In this document: in pieces, positions 44,792-61,705 of the stretch
Layout of the letters: each line of letters starts with the position of its first letter
Position numbering within the stretch: position 1 is the first letter of the stretch
Notes under the pieces: model-generated
What the model was told of the DNA's origin: nothing
The model's database searches: none
Seen by the model: only the letters and a program-made list of their open reading frames with translations
Source: Trichoplax sp. H2
Lineage: Eukaryota
Direction: 5' to 3'
DNA: 61,705 nt
NCBI GenBank assembly: GCA_003344405.1
Contig: NOWV01000151.1
Span: forward strand, 124,001-185,705
Position numbers and translations under genes: made by a program

Positions 44792-47700
44792 ATGGCGGCA
44801 GGAAAGCGCATTAGTTGTATTTTAATCGATCTTAGTGGAACATTACACGTTGAAAACCAAGTTATTGCAGGATCTATCGAAGCACTGGACAGGTTAGAAT
44901 TGGTTTAACTAAACTATTCAACTATGCAGTTGATTTGAATGCATTGCTGGACTTGCATGCCCAGTTACTTTCATAAGTAAATACAGTACTTTAATCCTGG
45001 ATCAATTAATTATATTTTCTGTTGAAGGGTGATGAAAGACCCATCATGAATGTATTGTTGTTCGTCAGCGAAAGATATTTTCAGTGAAAAATGCGATAGA
45101 TGCTTGCAAACGATCTTTTTCAGTTTTTTTTCCATAGTACGTAATTTTACGGGATATGGATATCGTTCATTGAATTTATGCTCCACTCCTAACAGGTCAT
45201 TTCACCCTGACGTCTGAAACGGTCAAACGTAACAGTTCTTGACACCAACGCACTTCAATCCGCCTCCAATTCAGATTTCATGTCATAGAGTTTTACCACT
45301 GTGAATTGAAATTTAAACCAATTAATCGTAGCTAAAAAAAGTTCAATAACTTCCATTTCTATACTAAATTATCCTTCATGGCCAAGGATGCAACGGTATT
45401 TGTACAGTATGATATTTAATTTTTTGTTATTGTTATTGCTTTTATGATACCGCCGCCATCACAGACTACTTAAATGTTGTGAGTAGTCCCTTCCGTCATT
45501 CAATCGTTGACATACGCAGTGAAATCAGCCTGATTGAAGTATGTCGGCTGCTCGCTTACACTGCAATGCCAACTGCAATGCGTCGACGTAGATTGAGCAA
45601 CCGATAAAGCGTTCCATCAAAGTACATGTTGAACTAATTATACAATATGGTTAAGCAACTATCCATTTCTTATGCTTTTAATTAATTTATACCGTAACGA
45701 ATCCTCGCTGTGCAGCTTTCGTTTTTTTCTTTTCAAAATTCAATTCGATAAAATTGCAATATCGAGTGCTGGTAAAGGGCGACATATTACACTCACCACT
45801 GGTTCTAACGATGCTAGAAAGCATACTGATATTTTTAGTATCATGCTGTCAGTCCTAATCATGCATGATATTCCGATATGTTCTGAAGTGTTATATCATC
45901 CACTCTCATAGTGCAGTATATAGCAATGTTTTGCCAAACAAAATGGTGTTAGAATGCGTAAACTTGGTGGACTGTACAGTACTTAGTTTCTATTTCATAA
46001 AAGAGTATTGATCCAATTTGTGCCGAACTGCAGTTCTTGAGGTTGATTACCTTCTGTACAGGCATGGATAACAGTACTGGAAGAAGACTTCTCCTGTAGT
46101 GGTCCTTGATATTTTGAAATGATTTCACACCGTATCTGTTTCAACTGTTTAGCGTGGATTAATAATAATAATAATAATAATATTTAAAGTGAAATAGTGC
46201 TGCATAGGTTTGTAACCTTGCAGTTCACGAAGGATCAGGGGTTATTTCTTTAGCATCAAACTTGATGAAGGAATTGGTTTTAGATGGCCGATTGGCGATG
46301 CATAAATTTTTGTCAATGTTCCACAATTCAAATCCCAATTGCAACAATATCACTACTTCGCAAGTTTCCGTTATACATAAATAGATATTAATTCGTATAC
46401 TATATAAATTAGACGTACGAGCAAATTATTACTTTGTTTTATTGTCAGCTGCTATGATTGAAAACACAACATTTATAAAAGAATATCGTTTAAATATCTT
46501 ACTACAGTACTTTTATCTACAGTATTGCTCCTTCACTCTCTATATTTGTAAGTATTGCTTAACGTATGTAATAGGCAATAAGTATACGCTCATTCTGGTG
46601 CTCCTTCTTCTTCATGACTGTATCAAGAAGTAACGCACCCATACCGTGAAATAGATTTTATTAACTGCGAATGCAGTTCTAAATTGCTGATCGGAACTTT
46701 AGGTAGCACCATTTTAAAAAATTTTAAAGATTTCTACCTCACGTAATAATTCGTACTCGTAATACTTCAATAGTAATGAGTGCAATGAATTCATTAATGA
46801 ATGGGGTAATACTTTGTGTTCGGCTGTTATGTCAGCTTAAGCGTTCAATGTTTAATAATTATAATTGCTATTTAGGTACGCTATGTTACAATGCATGATT
46901 TAATGAAGCTATTTTATACAAGGTTTTATATACACCTTCTACAAACACACTACTGTGTTGCAGCAAGCACCGTACGACCAATCTTAATTTTCGACAATTT
47001 TGTTCCTTACTACAACCCGGACTACCCTTTTATTCAATTTAATTTAATTGTGCATACTAGCCTGTAAATTACGTCGTATATCATTATATTTTCATGGTAT
47101 ACAACTACGCATTCATGTTAGTTTGAATTGTACGTGTAGACTTTTAGAATGAACAAAGTAAGGCAGATAGAACGACATATTCCTCAATTTAAAACTATCG
47201 AGACTTTTTTAGAGATGGCGTAGCCAATCTTATAAATTATTAATGACAAGATTAAGTATAAGGCACCATTCTGCTTTGTTCTTTTTCCTTTTAATAATAA
47301 TAATAGCTTATGGTCGAATAGCACCCTACACAAAACAGTCATAGCTAACATATGATCAGTATCTGGCCTATCACTTTTCATTTTACACTTTTTACACTTG
47401 GGAGTTTTAGTTTATTTTTACCTTAATATACTGTATTACTAGTAATGGGCTTTTACTGAAGGCTGTACTGTAATTGTACTGTGTATGTGTTACGCATAGT
47501 TTACATAGTGATAGGTAATACTGTAATTACAAGTAAGCGCTTATCTCCTTTTATTAAGTCTTTACAATTTTGTTTGCAAACTAAGTTGAAGCACGCATAG
47601 CTTCAGTATTATAGAATCTTGATTAATAATCTAGATAATGGACTGTACCTGCAAACGAAAATAATATAATCATAAAACCGAATTTTAGCTTGTTAACTCC

Positions 47701-50640
47701 ATGGCTATGAACTTGATTAATTTTACAGCGTTTGCAAATCAATAATTGTTTACCTACTGTACTTTGCCCTTACCTTATACGCGTACAGTAGTTACTCACA
47801 GACATTGATTACGATCATTTATACATTTATAAAGCCATTAAACTTACGCAAAGATGCAAATAAATTTAAAAACAATCAGCTTTTATTGTTTTTATAGACA
47901 TAAAACTAATTATAATGTCGCTAAACTGAAGCTATAAAGATCCTAATTTGGGTCTCTACGCACCGTGCGTACAATATCGATTAGATTATTGAATTAATTA
48001 GTATTTATTTACGCTTCTCACAATCGTATATTGATAATAATTATATTCAATATAACTTAATTATCATCCTCTTATGGCACATAATTACACATCAGCAAAA
48101 TCTTCTTTAATTCATATTACTATCATGTACAGTATTTTACCAGTAATATTTTCACTGCTGGTTTGTAATGTATGTGTTAAACAAAGACTCTATATATGTA
48201 ATATTTAATCGGATAGTAATCATAATTTAACATACTGTACAGTATACTACCCATTACACTGCTGACGATGATTTGATCAGATAGTAATAATCAAAGTAAA
48301 ATTGAATTAAATTAAATTACTCTAATGTATTGCCTTTTCTAATGGAAAATGACAACACACACTTGTATAGGGTACGATACTAGTATAAGATTTCTCCACT
48401 ACTAAATTTTCATTCATCCAACGTTTTTACTCATCGTTGCTCTGTTGTGCCTGCTTAACATAACCATGAAACATGACAGCTTGATTTTATATTAATTTGA
48501 TGACGGAAATTATTATGCTAATATTTAAGACTGTAACTTCACCTTGGACTTTTCAACTCTTATACAGTAATTTATAATTCATTAAAAAATGCCATAGTAC
48601 ATGAAATGAATTACCATGTCACCAAAACAATTCTTATACGATAAATAAAATTTTATGAACAAGTACATGCAAGACATTAAACTAGCTGTGTATTTAAAAT
48701 GCATTACTGGATTACTTAGGTAATTTAGCAACTTTGCCAAATCAATCTTACGATAACATATCGCACTTACTACTGGTCTATATGTACGTCTTACCTACAC
48801 AGAATGGTCGAGAATCGTGAATTAGTTATGAAGTATAAAGATATTTACAGTTAATTAAAACTGCTCATGGTACTCCACCTTCAAGTACGGTTTCTTGTCC
48901 AATGTTAAATTTCTAACCAGCATAGAAAGAACAAATAAACAGCCTTTTCTTTCATTTAATTTTGTTTTACCATGATATTCTGAGAGTCGATGATGGAATG
49001 TGAAATGTGCAAATCTAAATCAGTAATATTATTCCCCCATTGTAATAGTGACTATAATAACAATTATGAACTAATGTAAAAAGTTAATTATAGTGTTACG
49101 ACTAGTGCAGTCCATCATTTAAATGCATTACATAAAAGCTTGGATTTACGTCTAATTAACGTACTGAACGTTCATATGTTCATACAGCTGTAACAGGTTA
49201 ATTAAAGTAACGCAATGAGTAATTATTGGATTGTATTTTGTTAAAGATTGCGAAGGACCAACCTAAAGTTGAGATTTGTTACGAACACAACGAAAGAATC
49301 GAAACGACTTCTTGTTGATCGACTAAATAATTTAGGATTTGGCGTTCGAACAGAGGAGATTTTTACATCTTTAACTGCTGCTAAGATTATGGTATTAAAG
49401 AACAATATTAGACCTATGCTAATGCTACAGCCCGAAGCAAGAGAAGACTTTCAAGGTAGAACCATATTACCGACTTTTTCGTAATTGTGTGTCAAAATGA
49501 AACATAAAATTTTGGCCATATTCAATGTCGAACATTCTCGATAAATAAAGGTACTTGATTCTTATATATAATTATAGATGTTCCTACAAGCAACCCAAAT
49601 GGTGTATTGGTTGGCTTATCGCCAGACTCATTCAATTACCAAACTATGAACGAGGCCTTTCGGTACATCTAAGTACAGAATCTTCTGACTAATAAACAGT
49701 CCAATTAAATTTCACCTCCATCTTTCTAAGATATTAATCATATTATATTTGAAAGTATAGACCTGAAAACTTATCTTGTAGCTTTTATTAATTCATTTTA
49801 ATTAAGCCATCGTTTGATATTATTGGAAGTTTATGTACTATATAATACTAATACTGAATAGATATACTTCAGAATTGATTTAGCTGTAGTATACTTAGCT
49901 CTGATGGCGAATGGATACTTTCCTTTCTTATTGCATATGCTGCTAAAATTTTAGTATTAATTTGCACTGTATTTACTGAATTATTTTATGCTTTCTTATA
50001 TCTAGAATCTTAGGTAATGCTGGATCTCTGATTGCAGTTCACAAAGGACGATACTATAAAACTCTTGAAGGGCTATCGTTAGGCCCTGGACCGTTTGTAT
50101 CTGCTTTGGAGTATGCTACTGGAGTTGAAGCTAAAGTCGTTGGCAAGCCTCAAAGCAATTTCTTTCAGTCAGCACTAGAAAGCGTTGACGGACTAGCAGA
50201 TGAAACCATAATGATTGGTGATGTGAGTACACAAAATAAACGGTGGTTAACGATACTGCTATGCAATACGAATCCTTTAATTTACTAACTCATAACAGAA
50301 GTTGTACCGTTTACTTCGTAGTAATCAAGTTTATTTAATTTCACAAATTGGTTAACGAATAAATAAATTTATTTTATGCCTTGGCAGGATATCAGAGACG
50401 ATATTGGTGGAGCACAGGCTATCGGCATGAGAGGAATCCTTGTAAAGACGGGTGAATACATAACATAATTCCTCCTAAAGCTAGTATCTTTTATTCGTTA
50501 GCCTTACCTAAAGGTAATTTTAATTTATTACTTAAATAGGTAAATATCGAGAGGGCGATGAATCAGCTCATGGTATTAAACCTTTCGCGGTTTGTGATAA
50601 ATTCGTTGATGCAGTAGACATGATTATAGAACTGTTGTAA
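44792..50640 (+). CDS. HDHD2: Haloacid dehalogenase-like hydrolase domain-containing protein 2 (HAD class IIA), 6 exons
   Basis: Exon 1 44792-44892 contains [11 protein letters not shown]. Exon 2 from 49247 reads [11 protein letters not shown]. Also [60 protein letters not shown]; stop 50638-50640. Confidence 0.92.
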
Positions 50641-51071
50641 CGTAGCAAATATATTTGAAACCAGTATCAAGAGAATTATTGATATTAATGCATCACTTCT
50701 AAAAGCGATTAAAATTCTAGTGTACTTATCACTCAAATATATACTCCTATAAGCTACAATATTGATAGTAGAATATATAACATTAGGCTGTAATAGTAAT
50801 TTTGCGTTTAAGAGTAGATGTACTTTCGCTATGCTACAACAAATGATGCAATCTTTATATTGTATTACAAACACTAGAACTTTTAGTATAACCTAATTGT
50901 AAATACTATGTAAATTATATAATATCAAGCTAGACGAATTCCTTCATGTGGTTTTAGATAAAAACGATTACGATGAAGTGATAGTGGAAAGTAGAATACT
51001 TTAGCAGCAATACATTGTCAATTTTATGGTTTCAGACTGATAATTTCCGAGTATAGTAAGTTAAGTTTAAT

Positions 51072-51292
51072 AGTTGTTAATTATTGTTATTGTGAAAAAA
51101 TTTCCGCCTGAAATTATTCTAAAGAGTTTTTAAAGTCCGCCCGCTACATTAAATATTTTACAGTTTATTACAACTCAAGTTTCACAGTTGTTAATTATTA
51201 TTATTGTGAAGAAATTTTTACGCCTGAAATTTATTCTAAAAAGTTCTTAAAGTCCACCCGTTATATTAAATACTTTACAGTTTATTACAACT
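51072..51292. repeat. Diverged tandem duplication, 2 x ~114 bp, between the convergent HDHD2 and FECH 3' ends
   Basis: agttgttaattatt(g/a)ttattgtgaa...tttacagtttattacaact at 51072 and 51186. Confidence 0.9.
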
Positions 51293-51649
51293 TGCACAAG
51301 TAGAAATTCAAGTCAAAGAGTATATTGCACATATTAATTTACTAATATTAAAATTTCTTGCTAGGACATTTTCTATAAGCAAATAAGTTTTCGTCTAAAA
51401 TGCCTATCTAACTAATTATGTATGTATAATAGAAAATATAGAAATCTGTACTTCTTAGAGACCCGAAATTAAAATAAAAGAATTTTTATTGATAACATCT
51501 GTTACGAATTTATGCACAAATGACAAATCTGATCGAATATGACAAATATCATATATAGTTTGGACTATGAAAACACTGTTTAATGCTTAAAGAGCCATCA
51601 ATTTGATGGTATAAGATTTTACTATATTACTTAGTACAGCTCTAAATTG

Positions 51650-54546
<2,897 letters not shown>

Positions 54547-55439
54547 TTTAAGGTACTATTTGCATACTAATCCTGCAAAGAGCGAAAATTGATAATCTAC
54601 ATTAGCTCGTGCTACATGCATTCCGAAGATAGCGAATTAATACATATAGCAGTTAAGAGAATATTCTAGCGAACGATAATTCTATACCTGAACACAGTAA
54701 ATATAATATAGGCCTATCTCTACAGTATATTCCTTAATATGATGTGATCAATGCAATCGATATCAAAAGCATATTGGTCCTTTAGTAGCTACTATTCTAT
54801 TTATACTATCGTACTCTACGTAGATGGAGTGGAGTATAAAACGCAGTAACCCGATTGTGAATGAGGAGCGGCGTCGTTGCTCTTAAAGCCTGAAAGGATT
54901 TATCTAACTGTATGAGTGCGTACAACCATGCAATGTACTTCTAGAAAGTTGTGTTGCAAATACACTTAAATGAATTTTATTCAATCGGTACAGATCCTGT
55001 AGTATTTCATAACATCGGATGATCGCGTTGTTCTTTCTTCTGTATTTCACTTTCTGTACTCTTGTACTTTCTTCTTTATACTCTTGTAGACTTAAGGTGC
55101 AGTTCGCGTATAAACTATTTTGTTGCTTGCATTTGACGTTAGGTGTGATTTGGAGTTGAATTGCCTTCTACCAAGTTATGCCGACCATTGTATGCGATCC
55201 ATTGATTACAGTAATTGTAAGCGATCGAATTTATCAACGCCATACTGGGCAGGTAGTTCATTTTGAATTCTCACCTGATTTATTTGAATGATGGCTGGTA
55301 TTGGGATTAGAGTCGATCCTTTCTCTTGGCTCAATTAGGTAGCAATAACTTTCTTGGCAGGGCATCACTACGTCAACCGAGTCTAGTGTGACTGTTCTAG
55401 CTGTCATAGGGGCAAGAAGAATCAGCGGCGTGTCATGCG

Positions 55440-55790
55440 CAGTAACAATCTACAGTCTTGCAGTACAGTGCAGTACTGTCCAGTACAGTACAGTACAGTA
55501 CAGTACTGTACAGTACAGTGCACAGTATTCTAGCACAGTACACTGTAGGATACAGTACAGTGTACTGTACGTACTGCATGCATACAGTACTACAGTACAA
55601 CATACTGTGCGGTACTGTACGGTATTGCTCGGTTTTCTTTCTTTTCTACCACTCTGGTGACAAATATTCCTACTGTACGCCAGTCATTATTGCCAAGTTT
55701 AGTCAGTAGTCTAGTGGTCAGAATGTTGGGCAACAGTACAATAGACTTGTACTACACTGTATACTGTACTGTATAGAAAAAGGGACTGTA
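55440..55790. repeat. ACAGT/ACTGT pentamer array in the divergent FECH/HINT1 promoter region
   Basis: cagtacagtacagtacagtacagtactgtacagtacagtg... mixed-orientation pentamers. Confidence 0.9.
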
Positions 55791-55841
55791 TAAAAAGCTC
55801 CTTGACGCATCATCGTCATTGCTCCATCTTTCGCAGTCACC

Positions 55842-57852
<2,011 letters not shown>

Positions 57853-58156
57853 CTGCTATACTGTACGCTGGTAGCAAGAGTCAAAAAGTTTGTATTACAT
57901 GTGAATTGCAGCCGTTGTTATTGACTCTAATATCAATGCGCTATCACAAACTGATAATCTAACATAGTTCAAAAGTTATTGTCTTAGATCTAGCCTTGCA
58001 GTGTGATACAAACGCATTTTTAAGATAAAAACTCAATAAATATTCCAAAACAAACTTTTGTAGTCACAATATTCAATGCAAACTTTATTAAAGCTGCTTC
58101 GTAACAAAATAGTGTACAACAGCCATATCAAGGGCTAATTTCACTTTCTGTACATT

Positions 58157-60137
58157 CTAATGTTGCTTTCTACGGAACGAGCAACCTGAAAGCAGATAAG
58201 AATAACATAAGCATTCGCAGTCAGTTTCTATCAACGTTAATGCTAGCAATTTTATCGTACCTTCAGTTAGCCTACATCGCCCACCGGTTGGCTGCGATAA
58301 AACGGTAGAGCAGCTAACACATAAAACTACAGTTTGAGCGTGGCTAAATACCGTCGTTATCTTAAAACATCCTGCAAGTGAAATAATGCCAGTTAAACAA
58401 GTCACTTGACAAGAATTTGGCAATAGAATTTTTACTAACCAGGGCATTTAACATCCATAAAGTAGGAATTAGGGCTTTGCACTAGTCTTTTCAATTTGTG
58501 CTTCCTGCGTTCTTCTTTACGATTCGGGTGTAACAAATCTCGCGGAAGCTATTTGATTATGAATAGTAATCAAAAGTTAAAGCGTGCCATACTGTACGTA
58601 ACTGACAATACACAAGTTCAACATAGTAAGATGCGTCAAAATGTAGAAAGTCAATGTCTAATTTCTGACTATAAACTACCGTGATCACCAATACTGTATT
58701 ACAACATTACTGTTGACGTAGTTACGGTATGTTGGTTAAAACTGCGACTTTTCAATCAGACGCAACCTTGCAACACTGCCTCATAAATATCAACGTCGCT
58801 GCGACACGACAGATACTACCCTAGTACACAATCAAGTTCTGTAAAATTTTGCCCTTCCGCTACGGGCTTACAGGCTACAGTAGAGTCTGTGACTCATCTC
58901 CACCTAATTTCTGCCAAGCAAATGCACTTTAACTAACCGTTATAGTTCAAAATCGTTAATGTAACTATTTGGTACCCTGTTTCGCAACCATCACGAGATG
59001 CAACATACAGTATGAACTGAGTCGTGATATTGAACTCAACTAGGCCTTTCGATTCATGCCTCGAATCATGCTTCGTAAGATTGGTGAAACAGGTATCTAA
59101 GAGCAGGACTAGACAGTACCAGAGTCTCCAAGAGAGAACCTTAAAAATGAATTCAACTAGTTCTTTGCAACGGTAATTGATAAGTAATGTTAGGCCGTAT
59201 ACTCTTTGCACGACTGTGGTATAATACCCTAGATATATTGTAATGAGACGCTAATAAGGCAACATAAGTAATGCTTTCCAATGCAGTAAAACTACCGTAG
59301 TACTATCAAGATACTGCTTACAGTCTATACTCAAGCATGTCTAGTTGAATACCGTATCGAGTAGTAAGAAATTATCTACCCGTGACGACTAGACTGTTCG
59401 ATCTGTGATGCCACCGACTTATATTACTGATATGAAGTAAAATGACACTTTGCGAACTAATTAAAACTCGCTCTACCAGGTACTGTGTGTGGACTGTATA
59501 GAGCCGACTGCATTACAAATAGATGTTGACGAAATTAATTGGACTCGTAAGCCAAGGCAGGGAATACAGTACTGAGTAAGACTACACTGATTGATATCCA
59601 TAGTAAAGTCTGAATAGAACAACTTAGCAAAAATAACACTACCATACACAACATGATTCTATGTACGAGTACTTATGCTAGGTGAAAATTTTGTGTAAAA
59701 GCTTCATTTTGTACACTACTAAAAATGATTGTTTAATTGAAAGAAAATTCTAATGTACTAGAACTAGCAGATATGACTCCTGTATTGGATTTGATCCGAT
59801 TTATTAACTAGTTCATCTTTCACGGCAAATTATTGGCGATCATTTTATCAACTTTTTCGCTGACGATGCACAATGTCTATAGCGACAGGGTGCATCCCTT
59901 TGGCAGTACCGTATCGTGTTTCAATCTTTCATTTCAACAGTATGATCCATTGCAAAACTACACACACAAAACACATGTATTGCGAAGCAATCGAATACAA
60001 CTAGTACTTCAATTTTGGTAGAATAGACATAGAAGGCAATGATGACAAGGAATAGGATTTGTAAATTGTAAAAATAACCTTCATCCGCACGCAAATGCAG
60101 CGCAATGATGATTCGAATTTGCTATACTTACAGGCAT
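58157..60137 (-). CDS. RPS27: 40S ribosomal protein S27 (eS27), 4 exons, 84 aa
   Basis: Exons 60137-60132 (ATGCCT), 58548-58440, 58371-58261 and 58185-58157 total 255 nt. Reads [10 protein letters not shown]...[39 protein letters not shown]...GCSFRRKQH. Confidence 0.97.
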
Positions 60138-60164
60138 TTTGACTCCTCGTGCTACCAATAAGGC

Positions 60165-60180
60165 GGAAAGAAAAGGAAGA
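60165..60180 (-). promoter_or_regulatory. TCT/5'TOP polypyrimidine initiator of RPS27
   Basis: Minus strand tcttccttttctttcc lies 27 nt upstream of the ATG, as expected for an animal ribosomal protein gene. Confidence 0.75.
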
Positions 60181-60289
60181 TCTCCGCGTGTACAGCATGT
60201 ATTTGTATAAGTAACGACTCTTGTGGGGTAGACGTGGTTGGATTTGCAGGGGCTTTCCAGTAGTGTGTAGCTTGTACAGGCGAAGGGTC

Positions 60290-60575
60290 TCTAGTACAGA
60301 CTACAGACCTGTGCTTCACTTATGTACAGTATAGTACAGTACTATATCACAGTACATTGTACTGTGAGGACCGAAGAGAACTGTACACTGTACACTGTAC
60401 AGACAGAAGAGTACAGTACAGTACAGCACTATACTGTACATTGTACAACTGTACTGTGTTGTGTATTACTGTCTAGAGTTGATACTAACAACTGTATTGA
60501 AAGTTCGTCCTGCACTACTCTCCATGAGCCTTACAGTATATGTACTGTAAGTCAAATACTGTACACTGTACTCTA
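60290..60575. repeat. ACAGT/ACTGT pentamer-rich array upstream of RPS27
   Basis: gtacagtatagtacagtac..., ctgtacactgtacactgtacag..., gtacagtacagtacagc. Confidence 0.85.
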
Positions 60576-60635
60576 CCCAGACGCAAGGATTCACTAGTGC
60601 CACAAGAGTAAGTTATAACCGTAAGCTGATAGGCG

Positions 60636-60677
60636 TTTCTTTTACCTCGTCCTGTGGGTGTATCAACATGAGTAAGT
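60636..60677 (+). other. Possible first exon of a divergent TOP-type gene
   Basis: Pyrimidine tract tttcttttacctc, short leader, aacATGA, then a perfect donor gtaagt at 60672. No downstream exon identified in the window. Confidence 0.4.
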
Positions 60678-60871
60678 AAAAAGCAGACTGCTGACCAAGG
60701 TTTACTAACAGTAAAAGCATTTGTTCATTTGTTCGTGTTCATGTAACAACCAAGTAGCAGTACAGTATAAGAGCGATATACTGTACAGCAAGTACAGTAC
60801 ACCAGGTAATATCCGTATTTACAGTACTTTATCCTACAGTCAGCTGGTACAGTACTGTACTGTACTGTACG

Positions 60872-60954
60872 CTAAAAATGATTGAGAATGCTATACTGTA
60901 CACTAAAAATGATTGAGAACGCTCTACAGTACACTAAAAATGATTGAGAATGCT
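60872..60954. repeat. 31-bp tandem repeat, ~2.7 copies
   Basis: ctaaaaatgattgagaa(t/c)gct at 60872, 60903 and 60934. Confidence 0.92.
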
Positions 60955-60970
60955 TCACTATACTGTACTG

Positions 60971-61659
60971 TACAGTGCTGCACTGAACTGTAATCAGGAC
61001 GCTGTCGCCTGCTTGAACACAATACTGTAACTCATTCAGCCATCATGGATGGGACGCTTGGAAGGACAGGACTGTTCCCAACACGGTCAACATGTTACCT
61101 TATGCAACGTCAGTTGTTGCCAGAATGCTATACTGTACATACACTGTACAGTGCTGCACTGAACTGTAATCAGGACGCTGTCGCCTGCTTGAACACAATA
61201 CTGTAACTCATTCAGCCATCATGGACGGGACGCTTGGAGGGACAGGACTGTATCCAACACGGTCAACATGTTACTCTTTGCAACGCCAGTTGTTGCCAGA
61301 ATGCTATACTGTACTGTACAGTACATACTGTACACTGTACAGTGCTGCACTGAACTGTAATCAGGACGCTGTCACCCTGCTTGAACACAATACTGTAACC
61401 CATCCAGCCGTCGTGGACGGGACGCTTGGAGGGACAGGATTGTACCCAACACGGTCAACATGTTACCTTATGCAACGCCAGTTGTTGCCAGAATGCTATA
61501 CTGTCATACACTGTACAGTGCTGCACTGAACTATAATCAGGACGCTGTCGCCTGCTTGAACACAATACTGTAACTCATCCAGCCATCATGGACGGGACGC
61601 TTGGAAGGACAAGACTGTATCCAACACGGTCAACATGTTACCATATGCAACGCCAGTTG
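60971..61659. repeat. Tandem repeat, ~4 copies of a 176-191 bp unit
   Basis: Units begin tacagtgctgcactgaact at 60971, 61147, 61338 and 61514; length variation lies in the pentamer linker. Confidence 0.96.
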
Positions 61660-61705
61660 GTAAATGAATCTTAAATAGGGCAGGATTACAACATCAGTAC
61701 TGTAC

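Noticed and set aside
55388-55709. ORFs with STVQY repeats (also 60322-60597, 61221-61529, 3395-3655, 3825-4109, 43959-44476)
   Set aside because: They are translations of pentamer arrays and tandem repeats that happen to lack stops; there are no protein motifs or splice support.
60872-61659. Repeat arrays as a CRISPR array
   Set aside because: Units are repeated along their whole length with no unique spacers, there are no cas genes, and the context is eukaryotic.

Overview
AT-rich eukaryotic (animal) genomic DNA with compact, short-intron genes. The architecture is most consistent with an early-branching metazoan such as the placozoan Trichoplax; this is an inference, not a match. Genes read by manual exon joining, in order: DPP8/9 (+), a degenerate dynamin/mitofusin-like GTPase fused to a pseudokinase (DSTYK-like, +), an intronless LGR/GRL101-type GPCR with no ectodomain (-), HYPK (-), SECIS-binding protein 2 (+), a frameshifted Helitron PIF1 helicase remnant beside an assembly gap, SLC25A44 (-), HDHD2 (+), ferrochelatase (-), HINT1 (+) and RPS27 (-). 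Most housekeeping genes are in head-to-head pairs. Their shared upstream regions carry dense ACAGT/ACTGT pentamer arrays and 164-198 bp tandem duplications. The best unexplained signals are a ~300-nt strongly structured, G-U-biased RNA candidate at ~2960-3260, the double-degenerate GTPase-pseudokinase fusion, a multibranch RNA structure in RPS27 intron 1, and stacked Helitron 3' termini. No CRISPR array, tRNA or rRNA was recognised.
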